Of a stretch of DNA of 44,937 nucleotides, positions 24,679 to 33,982 are shown one piece after another. Position 1 is the first letter of the stretch. Each line of letters begins with the position of its first letter. Made by a program: the position numbers and the translations under genes. The notes beneath the pieces were generated by a model. It searched no databases, had not been told where the DNA came from, and saw nothing but the letters and a program-made list of their open reading frames with translations. The stretch lies in NCBI GenBank assembly GCA_025700225.1, contig GCA_025700225.1_4339.1, one strand, 5' to 3'. Source of the DNA: a phage.

Positions 24679-26991
24679 CTACTTAAAGCCAGGTGCGTTT
24701 CTTGTAGCCTTCCTCGCTTTCGATATTTTGCTGTTGCTATTCTGCAAAGAGGCGGCCACTTGCTCTTCTATGATGATACGTAAACGTCCTTCATCGTCCT
24801 GTTCAACGCTGGTGTTGCCAATTTGTGCGCTGGTGTTATTTATAATGCTGATATTGGCTGGGCCGGAAGAAGACCCGTTTTGCCCCATAATCTCTTTCAT
24901 TTGCTGCGCGGTGCGGACACGTGACGCCCCCGCTGGCATAATTACCTCAGGCTTACCGCGTTCTGCGATGGTAGATGCTTGCCCTGCGGATAACTGACCA
25001 CCCTGCTCACGTGCCGACCGGATAGCTGAAACCTGCGCCATGCCCGCACCAACGGCAGCGGCAGCGGCTACAGGGGCCAGGAACGGGCCAACTACAGGGA
25101 TAGCCGCCGTGGACTTGTACGCCTCGATAGCTGCGGTGTAAGTGGCTATGGTGGCCTGTACGATAGCGAATGCCTTATACGCGCCAGAGGCCTCGCCCAA
25201 CGCAGACCCGATGTTTGAGGCCATGTTACCGAAGGCGGTTGCCGTTGCGTCGGCACGCTTGGTTGCGTATTGCTCATTGATGGCGTTAAGCGCGGCCTGA
25301 TACTGCTTCTCACTAATAAGCCCCTGCTCACGGTACTTATCAGCTACCGCCAATTTCTGCTGTTCCTGGATGTCGAGAAGCTCAAGCTCAGTAGCGTTCT
25401 GGCCCATAATCTGAGCCATGAAGTCGTCGCCTTTCTGTTGCTTTTCCTGGGCTTCTTTCTGGCGTTTGTCCAGTTCATCTTGTCTGGCCTGCTCGGCTGT
25501 GAGCATAATTTGAGTTTTGGCGTTTTCGTACTGCTGCTGGCTTATCGTTCCGGCGCGGTTGAACTCCTCCAGTTTCGCCAGTTTCTGTTCTTCTGCCGCC
25601 GTGATACGAGAAATTTCGTCTCCAGTTGTGCGGTCAACCGTAGCGAGGAAATCTTCCGCCGCTTTTTTCTGACGTTGTGCTGCCGTTTCTTCACGTTTGG
25701 CCTGCGCCGCCAGACGTTTCTCGTTCGATTTAGCCTCTCGGTCTGCCTTCGCTTTTTCGGTCGCGTCGATGCGAGCGATGTCTTGCTGCGCTTCCGCATC
25801 CCGGGCCGCGTTATACGCGGCTATCTGCTCTTTGGTGACAGCGTCACGTTTAGCGAATGCCTGCTTATCAAGTTCAGCTTGCGCCCGGATACGCTCACGG
25901 TCGCTTAAGATGGCAATTTGCTGATTCTTAACGATAGCTTCGTTCTGTTCCTGGAATCTCTGCGTGGTTGAGTTAACGTTACGACCGAGATTCTTTTGGG
26001 CCTCCGCGGCGGCATTTGCTGACTTCTCTGCGTTTTCCAGTGCCGTTGCATTTTTGTTGGCGTTGTCCGTCAGGCGGATAAGTTCCGGGTTCAACTGTTT
26101 TGTGTTACCTAGCCAGTCGGTAAACACATCGGCGATGCGACGGGCATTCTCGGCAGTTGGCGCTTTGTTAAACGCGCTCTGCGCCGCTATCATCTCCAGC
26201 GCCTGGTCACGGTTAACCCCAAACTTACCGCTAAGCTCTGCGATATTCTGCGCCAGCATGTTGACGCCTACGATGTTACCCTCGTAAGTGCCCCCGAGTT
26301 TTTCTAACGTGTCGCCTACATCCGCACCTTTAGAGACCAATGCATCATACTGGCTGATAGCTGATGCTGTGGATGCTTTCCATGTCTCCCATGATTCTGC
26401 GTCCTCACGAACAGCTTTAGCTGTTTGCTGTGCGATAAGGTCTGCGTTAGCCTTAGCCAGAGCAAGCTGAGTCTCCGCCGCTTCTCGGCTTATTTGGGTA
26501 AGCTGTATGAGGCCGTCTGTCAGTTCGAGAGAGCCGGACGCCGTTTGCTGGAAGGTGTCTTTTAACTGTTTCTGCGCGGCTTCGAGGTCTTTTGAACTAC
26601 CTTCTGCTTCGGTTAGCGATTTGTACAGGACACCGCCAACAGCCGACGCAAGCGCAATTACAGCCCCAAGCACCGCCCCACCAGGGCCAAAAGCACCCGC
26701 AAGCTGCGAGCCTTGTTGCCCGATTGCTACGAATGCGGACGTACCGGACTGCAACTGGACAACCATGTCCTGTACCTGGAAGCCAACCTGCCCTGCGGCG
26801 TTACGGAATTTAGCGAAACCGTCAGAGGCCGCTTTAGAGGTAGCTGTGTTAACTTTATTAACATCTGGGGTCAGCTTGTTTACTGCGGTATCCGCACGGT
26901 CTGCAGACGACGTCATAGCGTCAAGCTGTTTGGCAGCTACGTCAGCACCTTCTGTTTTTACTCTGGCGATTAGGGAAGCCGTATCAGCCAT
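24679..26991 (-). CDS. tail tape measure protein
   Basis: about 770 aa; Ala/Gln/Lys-rich coiled-coil throughout; ATG at 26991 preceded by GAGGG (track ORF begins at a TTG, 27006). Confidence 0.85.
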   Translation of the reverse strand: MADTASLIARVKTEGADVAAKQLDAMTSSADRADTAVNKLTPDVNKVNTATSKAASDGFAKFRNAAGQVGFQVQDMVVQLQSGTSAFVAIGQQGSQLAGAFGPGGAVLGAVIALASAVGGVLYKSLTEAEGSSKDLEAAQKQLKDTFQQTASGSLELTDGLIQLTQISREAAETQLALAKANADLIAQQTAKAVREDAESWETWKASTASAISQYDALVSKGADVGDTLEKLGGTYEGNIVGVNMLAQNIAELSGKFGVNRDQALEMIAAQSAFNKAPTAENARRIADVFTDWLGNTKQLNPELIRLTDNANKNATALENAEKSANAAAEAQKNLGRNVNSTTQRFQEQNEAIVKNQQIAILSDRERIRAQAELDKQAFAKRDAVTKEQIAAYNAARDAEAQQDIARIDATEKAKADREAKSNEKRLAAQAKREETAAQRQKKAAEDFLATVDRTTGDEISRITAAEEQKLAKLEEFNRAGTISQQQYENAKTQIMLTAEQARQDELDKRQKEAQEKQQKGDDFMAQIMGQNATELELLDIQEQQKLAVADKYREQGLISEKQYQAALNAINEQYATKRADATATAFGNMASNIGSALGEASGAYKAFAIVQATIATYTAAIEAYKSTAAIPVVGPFLAPVAAAAAVGAGMAQVSAIRSAREQGGQLSAGQASTIAERGKPEVIMPAGASRVRTAQQMKEIMGQNGSSSGPANISIINNTSAQIGNTSVEQDDEGRLRIIIEEQVAASLQNSNSKISKARKATRNAPGFK

Positions 26992-27256
26992 CTTCTCTGC
27001 CCTCAAATATTCCGTCTAAGCCCATGATAACCTCGGCTTCGAACAAACTTATGCCGTAACCGGCGACATCACGAAACGCTACCAAATCTTGCCATTTGAG
27101 CGCATCGCGCGGGATTATAACGATAGTATCATCTGTTTCGCGCTGTAGGAATTTAATGGCACGGTATTTCTCGAACACGTCGATAAGAGAAACGGGGCAT
27201 TCAGGCCCCGTCGCTTCTTTCATCTGCGGTTCTTTAATCACGCCCATTGCAATCAA
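26984..27256 (-). CDS. tail assembly chaperone T-like segment (probable frameshift extension of G)
   Basis: 90-aa ORF in the -1 frame relative to the upstream chaperone; overlaps tape measure start. Confidence 0.45.
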   Translation of the reverse strand: MIAMGVIKEPQMKEATGPECPVSLIDVFEKYRAIKFLQRETDDTIVIIPRDALKWQDLVAFRDVAGYGISLFEAEVIMGLDGIFEGREDG

Positions 27257-27345
27257 AGCCGCCTGGTGCCCCGCCGCGATGTCGTCGAATTGCTTACGCT
27301 TGTGACGGTCAACAAAACACCATTGCGCAAATTCATACAGCGCTT

Positions 27346-27762
27346 TTACTTTTCAGATAGTTTCTCGCGGCTATCGGTGTGATGCTTAACTACGGCCTCC
27401 GCCAGCCCACTGTACTGGTCGAATAGGTTAGCCAGCGCCTCTTTGCTGAACGGTTCGTCGAATGACCAACCGGTGACGATTTCCACGGCAAGCTGCTTGT
27501 TCAGGTCCATCACCCGCCAACCCTTCTCATCGTTATAGCGCGCCCAGTTATTCAGCGCCTCGCACTCTTTATCTAATGGCGCAAGTTCTTCCGTAAGGCG
27601 TCGAATTGCCGTTGTGTAGGCGCGGCCTGCGCGAACACCGGCATCGCAATCGGGGCCGATAACCTGCAGCCATTCACCGGAATCTTTACCACTCGGCAGA
27701 AGGATGGGCATTTTAGTGCCTACAGCATGGCGGTCAGCAAAATAAAAATCAGAAAGTTTCAT
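27346..27762 (-). CDS. tail assembly chaperone (G-like)
   Basis: 138 aa; immediately upstream of the T-like ORF and tape measure. Confidence 0.55.
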   Translation of the reverse strand: MKLSDFYFADRHAVGTKMPILLPSGKDSGEWLQVIGPDCDAGVRAGRAYTTAIRRLTEELAPLDKECEALNNWARYNDEKGWRVMDLNKQLAVEIVTGWSFDEPFSKEALANLFDQYSGLAEAVVKHHTDSREKLSEK

Positions 27763-27867
27763 TCTTTAATCCTTTGGTTAAGAGGTTACTGGTTAAGATT
27801 AACGCGCCAGACGGGAACCACCCGCTTTTCGTGTGCGACACTAGGCGCAAACTTATTCTAGCACACT

Positions 27868-27905
27868 ACTTGCACACCCCAATATAATAGGGCACTATTC
27901 ACCTG
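27868..27905. promoter_or_regulatory. promoter-operator motif copy (TTGCAC...TATAAT rightward; TAATAG-N4-CTATTC palindrome)
   Basis: 35 nt upstream of the plus-strand island gene at 27924; reverse reading faces the chaperone gene. Confidence 0.55.
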
Positions 27906-27923
27906 TAACTTACTGAGGAAATA

Positions 27924-28253
27924 ATGATGCGTAAATTAGTATTAGCTCTGGGGTTTATGTCTTTTGCTGCTTTCGGGTCCCCGTGCGAACAGGTATTTAG
28001 TGAATCTGTTCTTATGACTTCTGGCGTGCTTGAGAAAGCCGACATTACTATCGTAAAGGCATTTAGGGACTCTACAGTTCGTGAATGCGAGGCCGCCGTA
28101 GAGGTCGGTAAATCAGGCCTACCTCCGCAGGCCGTAACATACACGGTAATACGTTCGGTAGAGAAAAACGGGGACGCGTTTTACAGCCTACTGACAGCCA
28201 CCCGCCTGCAAATGGTAGTGACCGGATGGGCAATAGGCGCAGAAAGTAAATAG
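27924..28253 (+). CDS. secreted/periplasmic hypothetical protein (signal peptide)
   Basis: 109 aa; N-terminus MMRKLVLALGFMSFAAFG; two Cys; RBS GAGGA. Confidence 0.6.
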   Translation: MMRKLVLALGFMSFAAFGSPCEQVFSESVLMTSGVLEKADITIVKAFRDSTVRECEAAVEVGKSGLPPQAVTYTVIRSVEKNGDAFYSLLTATRLQMVVTGWAIGAESK

Positions 28254-28318
28254 TCGCCTTTATTTAAATGAATGCACTGTGGTTAAATAGGACAAATCCT
28301 AAACACGAGGAAGTAGGC

Positions 28319-29449
28319 ATGGCCCAGAAGAAAATAACCGACGAACAGTTACAGGAAGAATTGAACGCCGGGATGAAGAATATCGATATCGCCCGTAAAT
28401 ACGGAATCTCAGACCGCGTTATCCGAATCCGTAAAGCGAAGCTGGCGAAGAAAGGTGTAGGCCACGGGCGAGACGTAAGCCACCTTGTACCAGACGGCTA
28501 CAAAATTAAAGGCACGTCGTCTCTGGTGGACGAGTTCGGCAACACCAAATTGCAGTGGGTTAAGACCGACACTGATGCCGAACGGCAGGTCGAGTTGATG
28601 AAAGCTGTAATCGAGGGCATGAAGTCAGAGATTACGCCCGTTGCGCCAGTTAAGGCCGCCAGGACTAAACGCGACGACAAGCTGCTTAACCTGTACACCG
28701 TGTCTGATTTCCATCTCGGCATGTTAGCCTGGGCGGACGAGAGCGGCGACGACTGGGATATGAAAATCGCGGAGGACTTATTTTCACGATGGTTTGACGC
28801 GGCATTCCAGAAAGCACCGGATGCCGGTACGGGAGTTATTAATCTTCTTGGCGACTTAGCTCACTTCGATAGTCTGGATGCCGTTACGCCCGCAAGCGGT
28901 CATGTCCTTGACGCTGACACGCGCTACCAGAAACTTGTTCGCTACATGATTCGCATGGTGCGCCGTGTCGTCGATATGGCACTGGTTAAACATAAGACTG
29001 TTCGCTTGCTTATAGTTCAGGGAAACCACGACGAATCCGGGATGATTTGGCTGGCGGAGATGTTTAGCACACTGTATGACAACGAGCCTCGTGTATTCGT
29101 CGATACGTCGCCGGATGTATATAAGATGGTGCAACACGGCAAAACTACGCTGTTCTTTCACCACGGACATAAGGCACGCTTCGACGCAATCGAGCCTGTT
29201 ATGATTGCCAAGTTCCGCAAAGCGTTCGGCGAGAGCGTCTACAGTTACGCTCATGTAGGCCACCTTCACCACCAGAAGATTGTCGAAAGCCGTAACATGG
29301 TTGTTGAACAACACCGCACCCTGGCTGCTAAAGACGCCTACGCCTCACGCGGCGGATGGATGTCAGGACGAAGTGCAAACGTAATTACTTATAGCGACCA
29401 ATACGGCGAGGTTGCTCGTTTAACTATTTCACCGGAGATGTTGGGATGA
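28319..29449 (+). CDS. calcineurin-like metallophosphoesterase with N-terminal HTH-like region
   Basis: about 376 aa; SDFHLG (DxH), GDLAHFD (GDxxD), GNHDE, FHHGH, GHLHH; N-terminus IDIARKYGISDRVIRIRKAK; start at ATG 28319 with GAGGAAG RBS. Confidence 0.78.
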   Translation: MAQKKITDEQLQEELNAGMKNIDIARKYGISDRVIRIRKAKLAKKGVGHGRDVSHLVPDGYKIKGTSSLVDEFGNTKLQWVKTDTDAERQVELMKAVIEGMKSEITPVAPVKAARTKRDDKLLNLYTVSDFHLGMLAWADESGDDWDMKIAEDLFSRWFDAAFQKAPDAGTGVINLLGDLAHFDSLDAVTPASGHVLDADTRYQKLVRYMIRMVRRVVDMALVKHKTVRLLIVQGNHDESGMIWLAEMFSTLYDNEPRVFVDTSPDVYKMVQHGKTTLFFHHGHKARFDAIEPVMIAKFRKAFGESVYSYAHVGHLHHQKIVESRNMVVEQHRTLAAKDAYASRGGWMSGRSANVITYSDQYGEVARLTISPEMLG

Positions 29450-29934
29450 AAGATATTGTGATTTTCGATTTAGACGGGACATTGGCGGATGGTACTCATC
29501 GTTTACACCTGCTGCCAAAAGACAACTACGGCGAAACCTGGGCGTGGAAGCCTTTTAACATGGCCTGTAAAGATGATGCGCCGATATATGACAACATTCA
29601 CTTGTGCAACACGCTGTGGCACACGGGGATAACCATAATCATACTTACCGGGCGAAGCGACGACGCCGAAGAAGAAACCCGGGAGTGGTTACACAAAAAC
29701 AATGTCAAGTTCGACGTTCTGTTAATGCGTAGCAAACATGACAACAGAAAAGACATCGTAATTAAAGAAGAAGTGTTGCGCGCTATCGGGTTAGAAAGAA
29801 TCTTGTGCGCGTTCGACGATTCGCCCGCGGTGATTAAGCATTTCCGCAGCTTAGGAATCACTACGCACGCGGTTACGGAATACGACTGCAACGGTACTTC
29901 TACACACTTAAAATCACACGGGGGCGATAAATAA
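29446..29934 (+). CDS. HAD-family phosphatase resembling the T4 Pnk 3'-phosphatase domain
   Basis: 162 aa; motif I FDLDGTL, motif II ILTGR, Lys motif, FDDS; C-terminal stretch RKDIVIKEEV...FDDSPAVIKHF parallels T4 Pnk as recalled from memory; ATGA-coupled. Confidence 0.75.
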   Translation: MKDIVIFDLDGTLADGTHRLHLLPKDNYGETWAWKPFNMACKDDAPIYDNIHLCNTLWHTGITIIILTGRSDDAEEETREWLHKNNVKFDVLLMRSKHDNRKDIVIKEEVLRAIGLERILCAFDDSPAVIKHFRSLGITTHAVTEYDCNGTSTHLKSHGGDK

Positions 29935-30488
29935 TGGCTAAGGTAATCATTCTTAACGGCCCTGCAGGTTGCGGTAAAGATACGCTCGCTATGGCGCTGG
30001 TAGAAATGGGCTTCGCGAAAGGAACAACCAGCTTCAAGAATCCAATGTTCAATATCGCTCTCGCGGCATTAGGGCCGGATGCCTATCACGAGTTCCTCGA
30101 TGGTTACGACGACCGGGCGCGGAAAGAAAAGCCAGAAGATTTTCTAAACGGTCTGTCGCGACGTCAGTTCATGATTGCTATCTCTGAACAATTCATTAAA
30201 CCGGTATTTGGTAGTGAGTATTTCGGCAAGTATCTAGCCGAAAACTTGCCCGACGGCGACGAAATTTTCGTAGTGTCCGACGGCGGATTTGCCAGTGAAG
30301 TAGCCCCTATCGTCGCCGCAGGGCATGATGTGCGAATCGTTCGCCTTCATCGTGACGGGTACACGTTTGACGGTGATAGCAGGGGATATCTGTACGATGT
30401 TAGTGGTGTAAAAGATTACGAAGCCTACATCATACCCGGTGACGTTAAATCTAACGTTATAGACATCGCTTTAAAATTAGGTTTGTAA
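29934..30488 (+). CDS. P-loop kinase, dNMP-kinase-like (T4 gp1-like)
   Basis: 184 aa; Walker A GPAGCGKDT; overall pattern resembles phage deoxynucleoside monophosphate kinases; TAATG-coupled. Confidence 0.7.
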   Translation: MAKVIILNGPAGCGKDTLAMALVEMGFAKGTTSFKNPMFNIALAALGPDAYHEFLDGYDDRARKEKPEDFLNGLSRRQFMIAISEQFIKPVFGSEYFGKYLAENLPDGDEIFVVSDGGFASEVAPIVAAGHDVRIVRLHRDGYTFDGDSRGYLYDVSGVKDYEAYIIPGDVKSNVIDIALKLGL

Positions 30489-30516
30489 GAAAAAGGCCCC
30501 GAGAGGGGCCTTAGTT
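30488..30516. terminator. bidirectional intrinsic terminator
   Basis: stem aaggcccc/ggggcctt, loop gaga; T-rich flank on both strands; between kinase stop and major tail protein stop. Confidence 0.75.
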
Positions 30517-31689
30517 TTATGCGTAGGTGATACGCTGGATAACGATAGACGACTGATACTGGTTGCCGGTGGCCTGGCCTTCAATAGACTGAGTGATTGA
30601 CTCTGGGCCGCCAATCTCAGGTGTAACCGCCGTAAGCTCCGCGCGTTTCAGGCTGAATGACATAGCCCCGTTTACGCCCGCCAGAATAGAGTTAATCTCT
30701 ACCTGTTGCTCGTTGATAAACTTCTGAATCATAGCCATGTCGTACAGCTTACCCGCGATGGAAAAGGTGTTAGCCGCACGGCCTCGTTCAACGAACGCTA
30801 CGTTACTGTTGCCGAGTTCGAACTGGGCGGAGGCACCGTTATTGTTGGTGATGGTCAGCGTGTCGCAACGCAACGGCGACGTACCATCGAACACTGACAC
30901 ATCAACCGAAGAGAACGGCTCGTCGGTGAAGGTGACCGTAGAGAAGTCGGATCCAGCTGGAGGCGCGGTAAGAATCTCCTGACTCAGGCCGATGAACGGG
31001 AAGCTGCCGGTTACCATCGCGTTAACCGCCTGCTCGATGGTAAAGCCAGAGATTTCCACACCTTTGGTCAGCATGTACGCGTCAGGGTTTCCGCACTGGC
31101 CTTTGAACCAGGTCAGGATAGAGAACGTTTTACACGCGTTGCCAGTTTCCAGCTTGTCGCCGGTTTTAGCATCGGTCGTTACAGTTTCTGCGGTAAGCGT
31201 GTGCTGAATACCTGCACCCGTTACGACAAGAGCGGAAACTTCGGTAACGATGAACGGCTTAGCGTTATCTCCAGTCAGACCGGTGAACGCAATCAGGTCA
31301 CCCACTTCAACACCGTCGGTAATGAAGCTGCCAGATGCGCGGGTGAACGTTTTACCGGCCGGCGCTACGGTAATAGAGGCTCCAGTAATCTCGACGCCCG
31401 CCTGCCATGTAGAGGTCATTGCGCCTGCAAGGAAATCATCCTGACTTTTCGAGCTAAGCTCGATGGCGTATTCACCAGTTACCTGTTTGTTACCTGTGCG
31501 GATAGACGTGGTTTCACGGCTGCCGTCCAGTTCGTTGGAGGTCAGCGCGTCGCGCGTTACCGCGGGAACACCGCCAGTATTGCGCAACGGCGACCATACC
31601 GGGGAAGTCGGTGTTACGCCCGGGGTAGTTTCCGCCACATAGAATTGCGCGGTGTTCGCGCCCTTAAAAGGAGTTGTAGCCATATTCAC
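30517..31689 (-). CDS. major tail protein
   Basis: 390 aa; Thr/Gly-rich; positioned after head-tail connector genes and followed by a strong terminator. Confidence 0.65.
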   Translation of the reverse strand: MNMATTPFKGANTAQFYVAETTPGVTPTSPVWSPLRNTGGVPAVTRDALTSNELDGSRETTSIRTGNKQVTGEYAIELSSKSQDDFLAGAMTSTWQAGVEITGASITVAPAGKTFTRASGSFITDGVEVGDLIAFTGLTGDNAKPFIVTEVSALVVTGAGIQHTLTAETVTTDAKTGDKLETGNACKTFSILTWFKGQCGNPDAYMLTKGVEISGFTIEQAVNAMVTGSFPFIGLSQEILTAPPAGSDFSTVTFTDEPFSSVDVSVFDGTSPLRCDTLTITNNNGASAQFELGNSNVAFVERGRAANTFSIAGKLYDMAMIQKFINEQQVEINSILAGVNGAMSFSLKRAELTAVTPEIGGPESITQSIEGQATGNQYQSSIVIQRITYA

Positions 31690-32102
31690 AGCCTCTTGGT
31701 GAATGCAATAAAGTTAATCGACAATGGTCTTTTGGCCCATCCATTTTCTACAATCAGCGGCCCCAGGCTAACCGATTGCACTTCGGCGCAGATGTCGTTA
31801 CGTGAAAAAGACTTACCTGCTTTGAATGCCGTGTTAAGTAAGTCTGCCATTTTATTGATTGGCGCGCTACCTTTCACCGATGCGTAGTTAATGTCCACCT
31901 GATAAATACCAGCGCGTTGCTCTGTGAAAAATAAGTCAGCCTGCTCGGTATCCGCCAGTAGCATGTAGCTAGCCAGGTATGGCGTATCGGTTGACGTCGG
32001 CGCGTCGATATTCTCAAGCGCAACTTTGATGCCGTTGGTGTTTCCGAAGGCTACCAGCGGCACGTCGAACGCTTTGGTTAAGTCCTCAAAGTAGCCCATC
32101 AT
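31686..32102 (-). CDS. tail completion / tail terminator-like protein
   Basis: 138 aa; position immediately upstream of major tail protein. Confidence 0.45.
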   Translation of the reverse strand: MMGYFEDLTKAFDVPLVAFGNTNGIKVALENIDAPTSTDTPYLASYMLLADTEQADLFFTEQRAGIYQVDINYASVKGSAPINKMADLLNTAFKAGKSFSRNDICAEVQSVSLGPLIVENGWAKRPLSINFIAFTKRL

Positions 32103-32494
32103 TTCACCTTGTTGGCTTCTTCATTAATTAGCTGCTGGAAGCGTGACACGTTAGTCCTGACGAAGCCTTGCGGAGCCTGTTGAGACCAACCGTACTCCAG
32201 CCGTTGTGCATACGGCAGGTTATTAGTCAGCGTAAACTCGTGCCAGTCTGCGGCTTTCAGCACGAAACTAGTGGCGTTTCCGGTTGCGGTGTTTCCCGAT
32301 TTATCCGTAGCATCTGTAGTTCCAGAAGCGGGAGTTCCGCCAGACGCCATCCAGTTCATGCGAAAACGCCCGGTGTCTACCGGACTCGCCTTTATAATAG
32401 CGGAAAACAGCTTGATAGACACCTGACGCATCACCGTTTCAGGGTTCTTCTTCGCCTTCTCGACGAACTTAGAGACATCAAGCGCGAAACTCAT
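32099..32494 (-). CDS. head-tail joining protein (HK97 gp10-like)
   Basis: 131 aa; ATGA-coupled in the connector cluster. Confidence 0.5.
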   Translation of the reverse strand: MSFALDVSKFVEKAKKNPETVMRQVSIKLFSAIIKASPVDTGRFRMNWMASGGTPASGTTDATDKSGNTATGNATSFVLKAADWHEFTLTNNLPYAQRLEYGWSQQAPQGFVRTNVSRFQQLINEEANKVK

Positions 32495-32850
32495 TTTCTC
32501 ACCTGAATGAAGTAAGCCACGACATCATCGTTAACCATCTTCTTCTCGATGGCTTCTACCGACCACTGCTCGCCGCCGAATTGCACCTTGTCTTCCATCT
32601 TCGGGACGACGCTGTAATCGGCTTTAACAATCATGTCTCCCGCCTGAATGGTTGTGCCGTTAACCAAGCCCGCGTTAACCGGAACAGGTACGGCTTTCAG
32701 CGGCAGCACTTCATCCGCAGACCAGATGTACTCTCCGAGAACCTCATCCCACACTTTCGAGCCAGCGCGAACCAGAGATACCGTGCTACCGAATTTGGTT
32801 AGCAGGCGTGTACCTACGCCCTGCATACGTTTACTAAAGGCGGTGCTCAT
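32491..32850 (-). CDS. head closure / head-tail adaptor protein
   Basis: 119 aa from ATG 32850 overlapping upstream stop; track ORF extends to 32904. Confidence 0.5.
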   Translation of the reverse strand: MSTAFSKRMQGVGTRLLTKFGSTVSLVRAGSKVWDEVLGEYIWSADEVLPLKAVPVPVNAGLVNGTTIQAGDMIVKADYSVVPKMEDKVQFGGEQWSVEAIEKKMVNDDVVAYFIQVRK

Positions 32851-33464
32851 TACGCGGCCTCCAGTCTCGAGATAACCAGTAGTGCTGACGGTGCGGTACC
32901 CCATGCGGTTACGGTAGCCGCTTGCGGATATACGCCGCCGAAGTTCGTCCCGGCGCTGTCACGCATAATCTGAACTGCAAATGTTTGCCCTGCGGTCGGG
33001 TTAATCACTACACGGGATTCAATAGGAATGGTGGTTTCCGCGCTAACCAGTTTCGTAGCTGCCGGCGAGCCGTATTGCGCGCCGTTTACCAGAATGCGTG
33101 ATAACAAGATAGACGTGCCGCTGGCCCCTGTTCGCCCGGCCTGTAACTTGATGCGAACGGCGTAGTTACCGGCGGTGTTGAAAGTCACCAGACCCGCCGC
33201 GTTAATCATAACCGGGTCTGAGGCGCTACCTTGCGCGGAACCGAAGGTTAGTTGCAGTGCGGTATCGACAGCGGACGGAGCCTGGGTGACAGTAGACGCG
33301 GCGCGTAGCACCTCAACCTCTTTCACGCCAGGAGTGACATAAATAGGTGAGTCAGCCATTTGAGTGAGAACACCACGTAACTTAGCCGGTGTGATTAGCC
33401 CGGATGTGTTATCCGGCAATTCAGACCCGATTAGCGTAAATATCTCTGTTTTAGTCTTCGCCAT
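32850..33464 (-). CDS. hypothetical virion protein
   Basis: 204-aa ORF in the connector cluster. Confidence 0.5.
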   Translation of the reverse strand: MAKTKTEIFTLIGSELPDNTSGLITPAKLRGVLTQMADSPIYVTPGVKEVEVLRAASTVTQAPSAVDTALQLTFGSAQGSASDPVMINAAGLVTFNTAGNYAVRIKLQAGRTGASGTSILLSRILVNGAQYGSPAATKLVSAETTIPIESRVVINPTAGQTFAVQIMRDSAGTNFGGVYPQAATVTAWGTAPSALLVISRLEAA

Positions 33465-33466
33465 TT

Positions 33467-33979
33467 TTAACCCCGGTACACGTTAAACGAGAAGCCATTG
33501 TTAAGGCCGCCGCAAAGAAGCGGGCGTAAGGCGTCATCCGCTGCGGTAATAGCAGTTGTAGCCCCACTGTTGCCGTTGTTGAAGTAAGTCACTGTTACCG
33601 CACCCTCTACGCGCTCGGTCTGTACTGAACGCCCGTCCGAGTTGGCGCGCACCTCTGTACCCGAACCGTATGTTACCGCAGCGATTACCTGCGCAAGAAT
33701 TACCTGCTTAGGAATTATATTGTTAGCCACAGGGAAGCCATTCAGCGTTACCCCGGTGCGTGGGTATGCCAGCGACTGCTCGGCGGACACACGGCGACCG
33801 CACATCTGCGGTTCGGACAGGCCGGCGTACGTTGCTCCATTTCGCAGGGCTACTTCGGCATCTGTATCGTCAACAGGTAGCTCAAGACCATAATTAGCCG
33901 CTAACGCGCGGGCGTCAGCCAGACTAACGTAACTGTCAGCATTCGGGACTATTGACCCGTCTTCCACGATTAGCGGCAT
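33467..33979 (-). CDS. putative head-tail connector protein
   Basis: 170-aa ORF between capsid-associated and connector genes. Confidence 0.45.
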   Translation of the reverse strand: MPLIVEDGSIVPNADSYVSLADARALAANYGLELPVDDTDAEVALRNGATYAGLSEPQMCGRRVSAEQSLAYPRTGVTLNGFPVANNIIPKQVILAQVIAAVTYGSGTEVRANSDGRSVQTERVEGAVTVTYFNNGNSGATTAITAADDALRPLLCGGLNNGFSFNVYRG

Positions 33980-33982
33980 AAA

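Noticed and set aside
25270-25908. 212-aa ORF on the plus strand (and other plus-strand ORFs across 24620-27019)
   Set aside because: All lie antisense to the tape measure gene, whose repetitive GC-rich codons leave long open shadow frames.
28268-28318. Upstream ATG at 28268 as the metallophosphoesterase start
   Set aside because: No Shine-Dalgarno sequence precedes it, whereas ATG 28319 is preceded by GAGGAAG at optimal spacing.
29934-30488. P-loop kinase as a T4-type polynucleotide 5'-kinase
   Set aside because: The Walker A context GKDT and overall pattern fit dNMP kinases better than the Pnk kinase domain (GKST); polynucleotide kinase remains possible but is not the preferred call.
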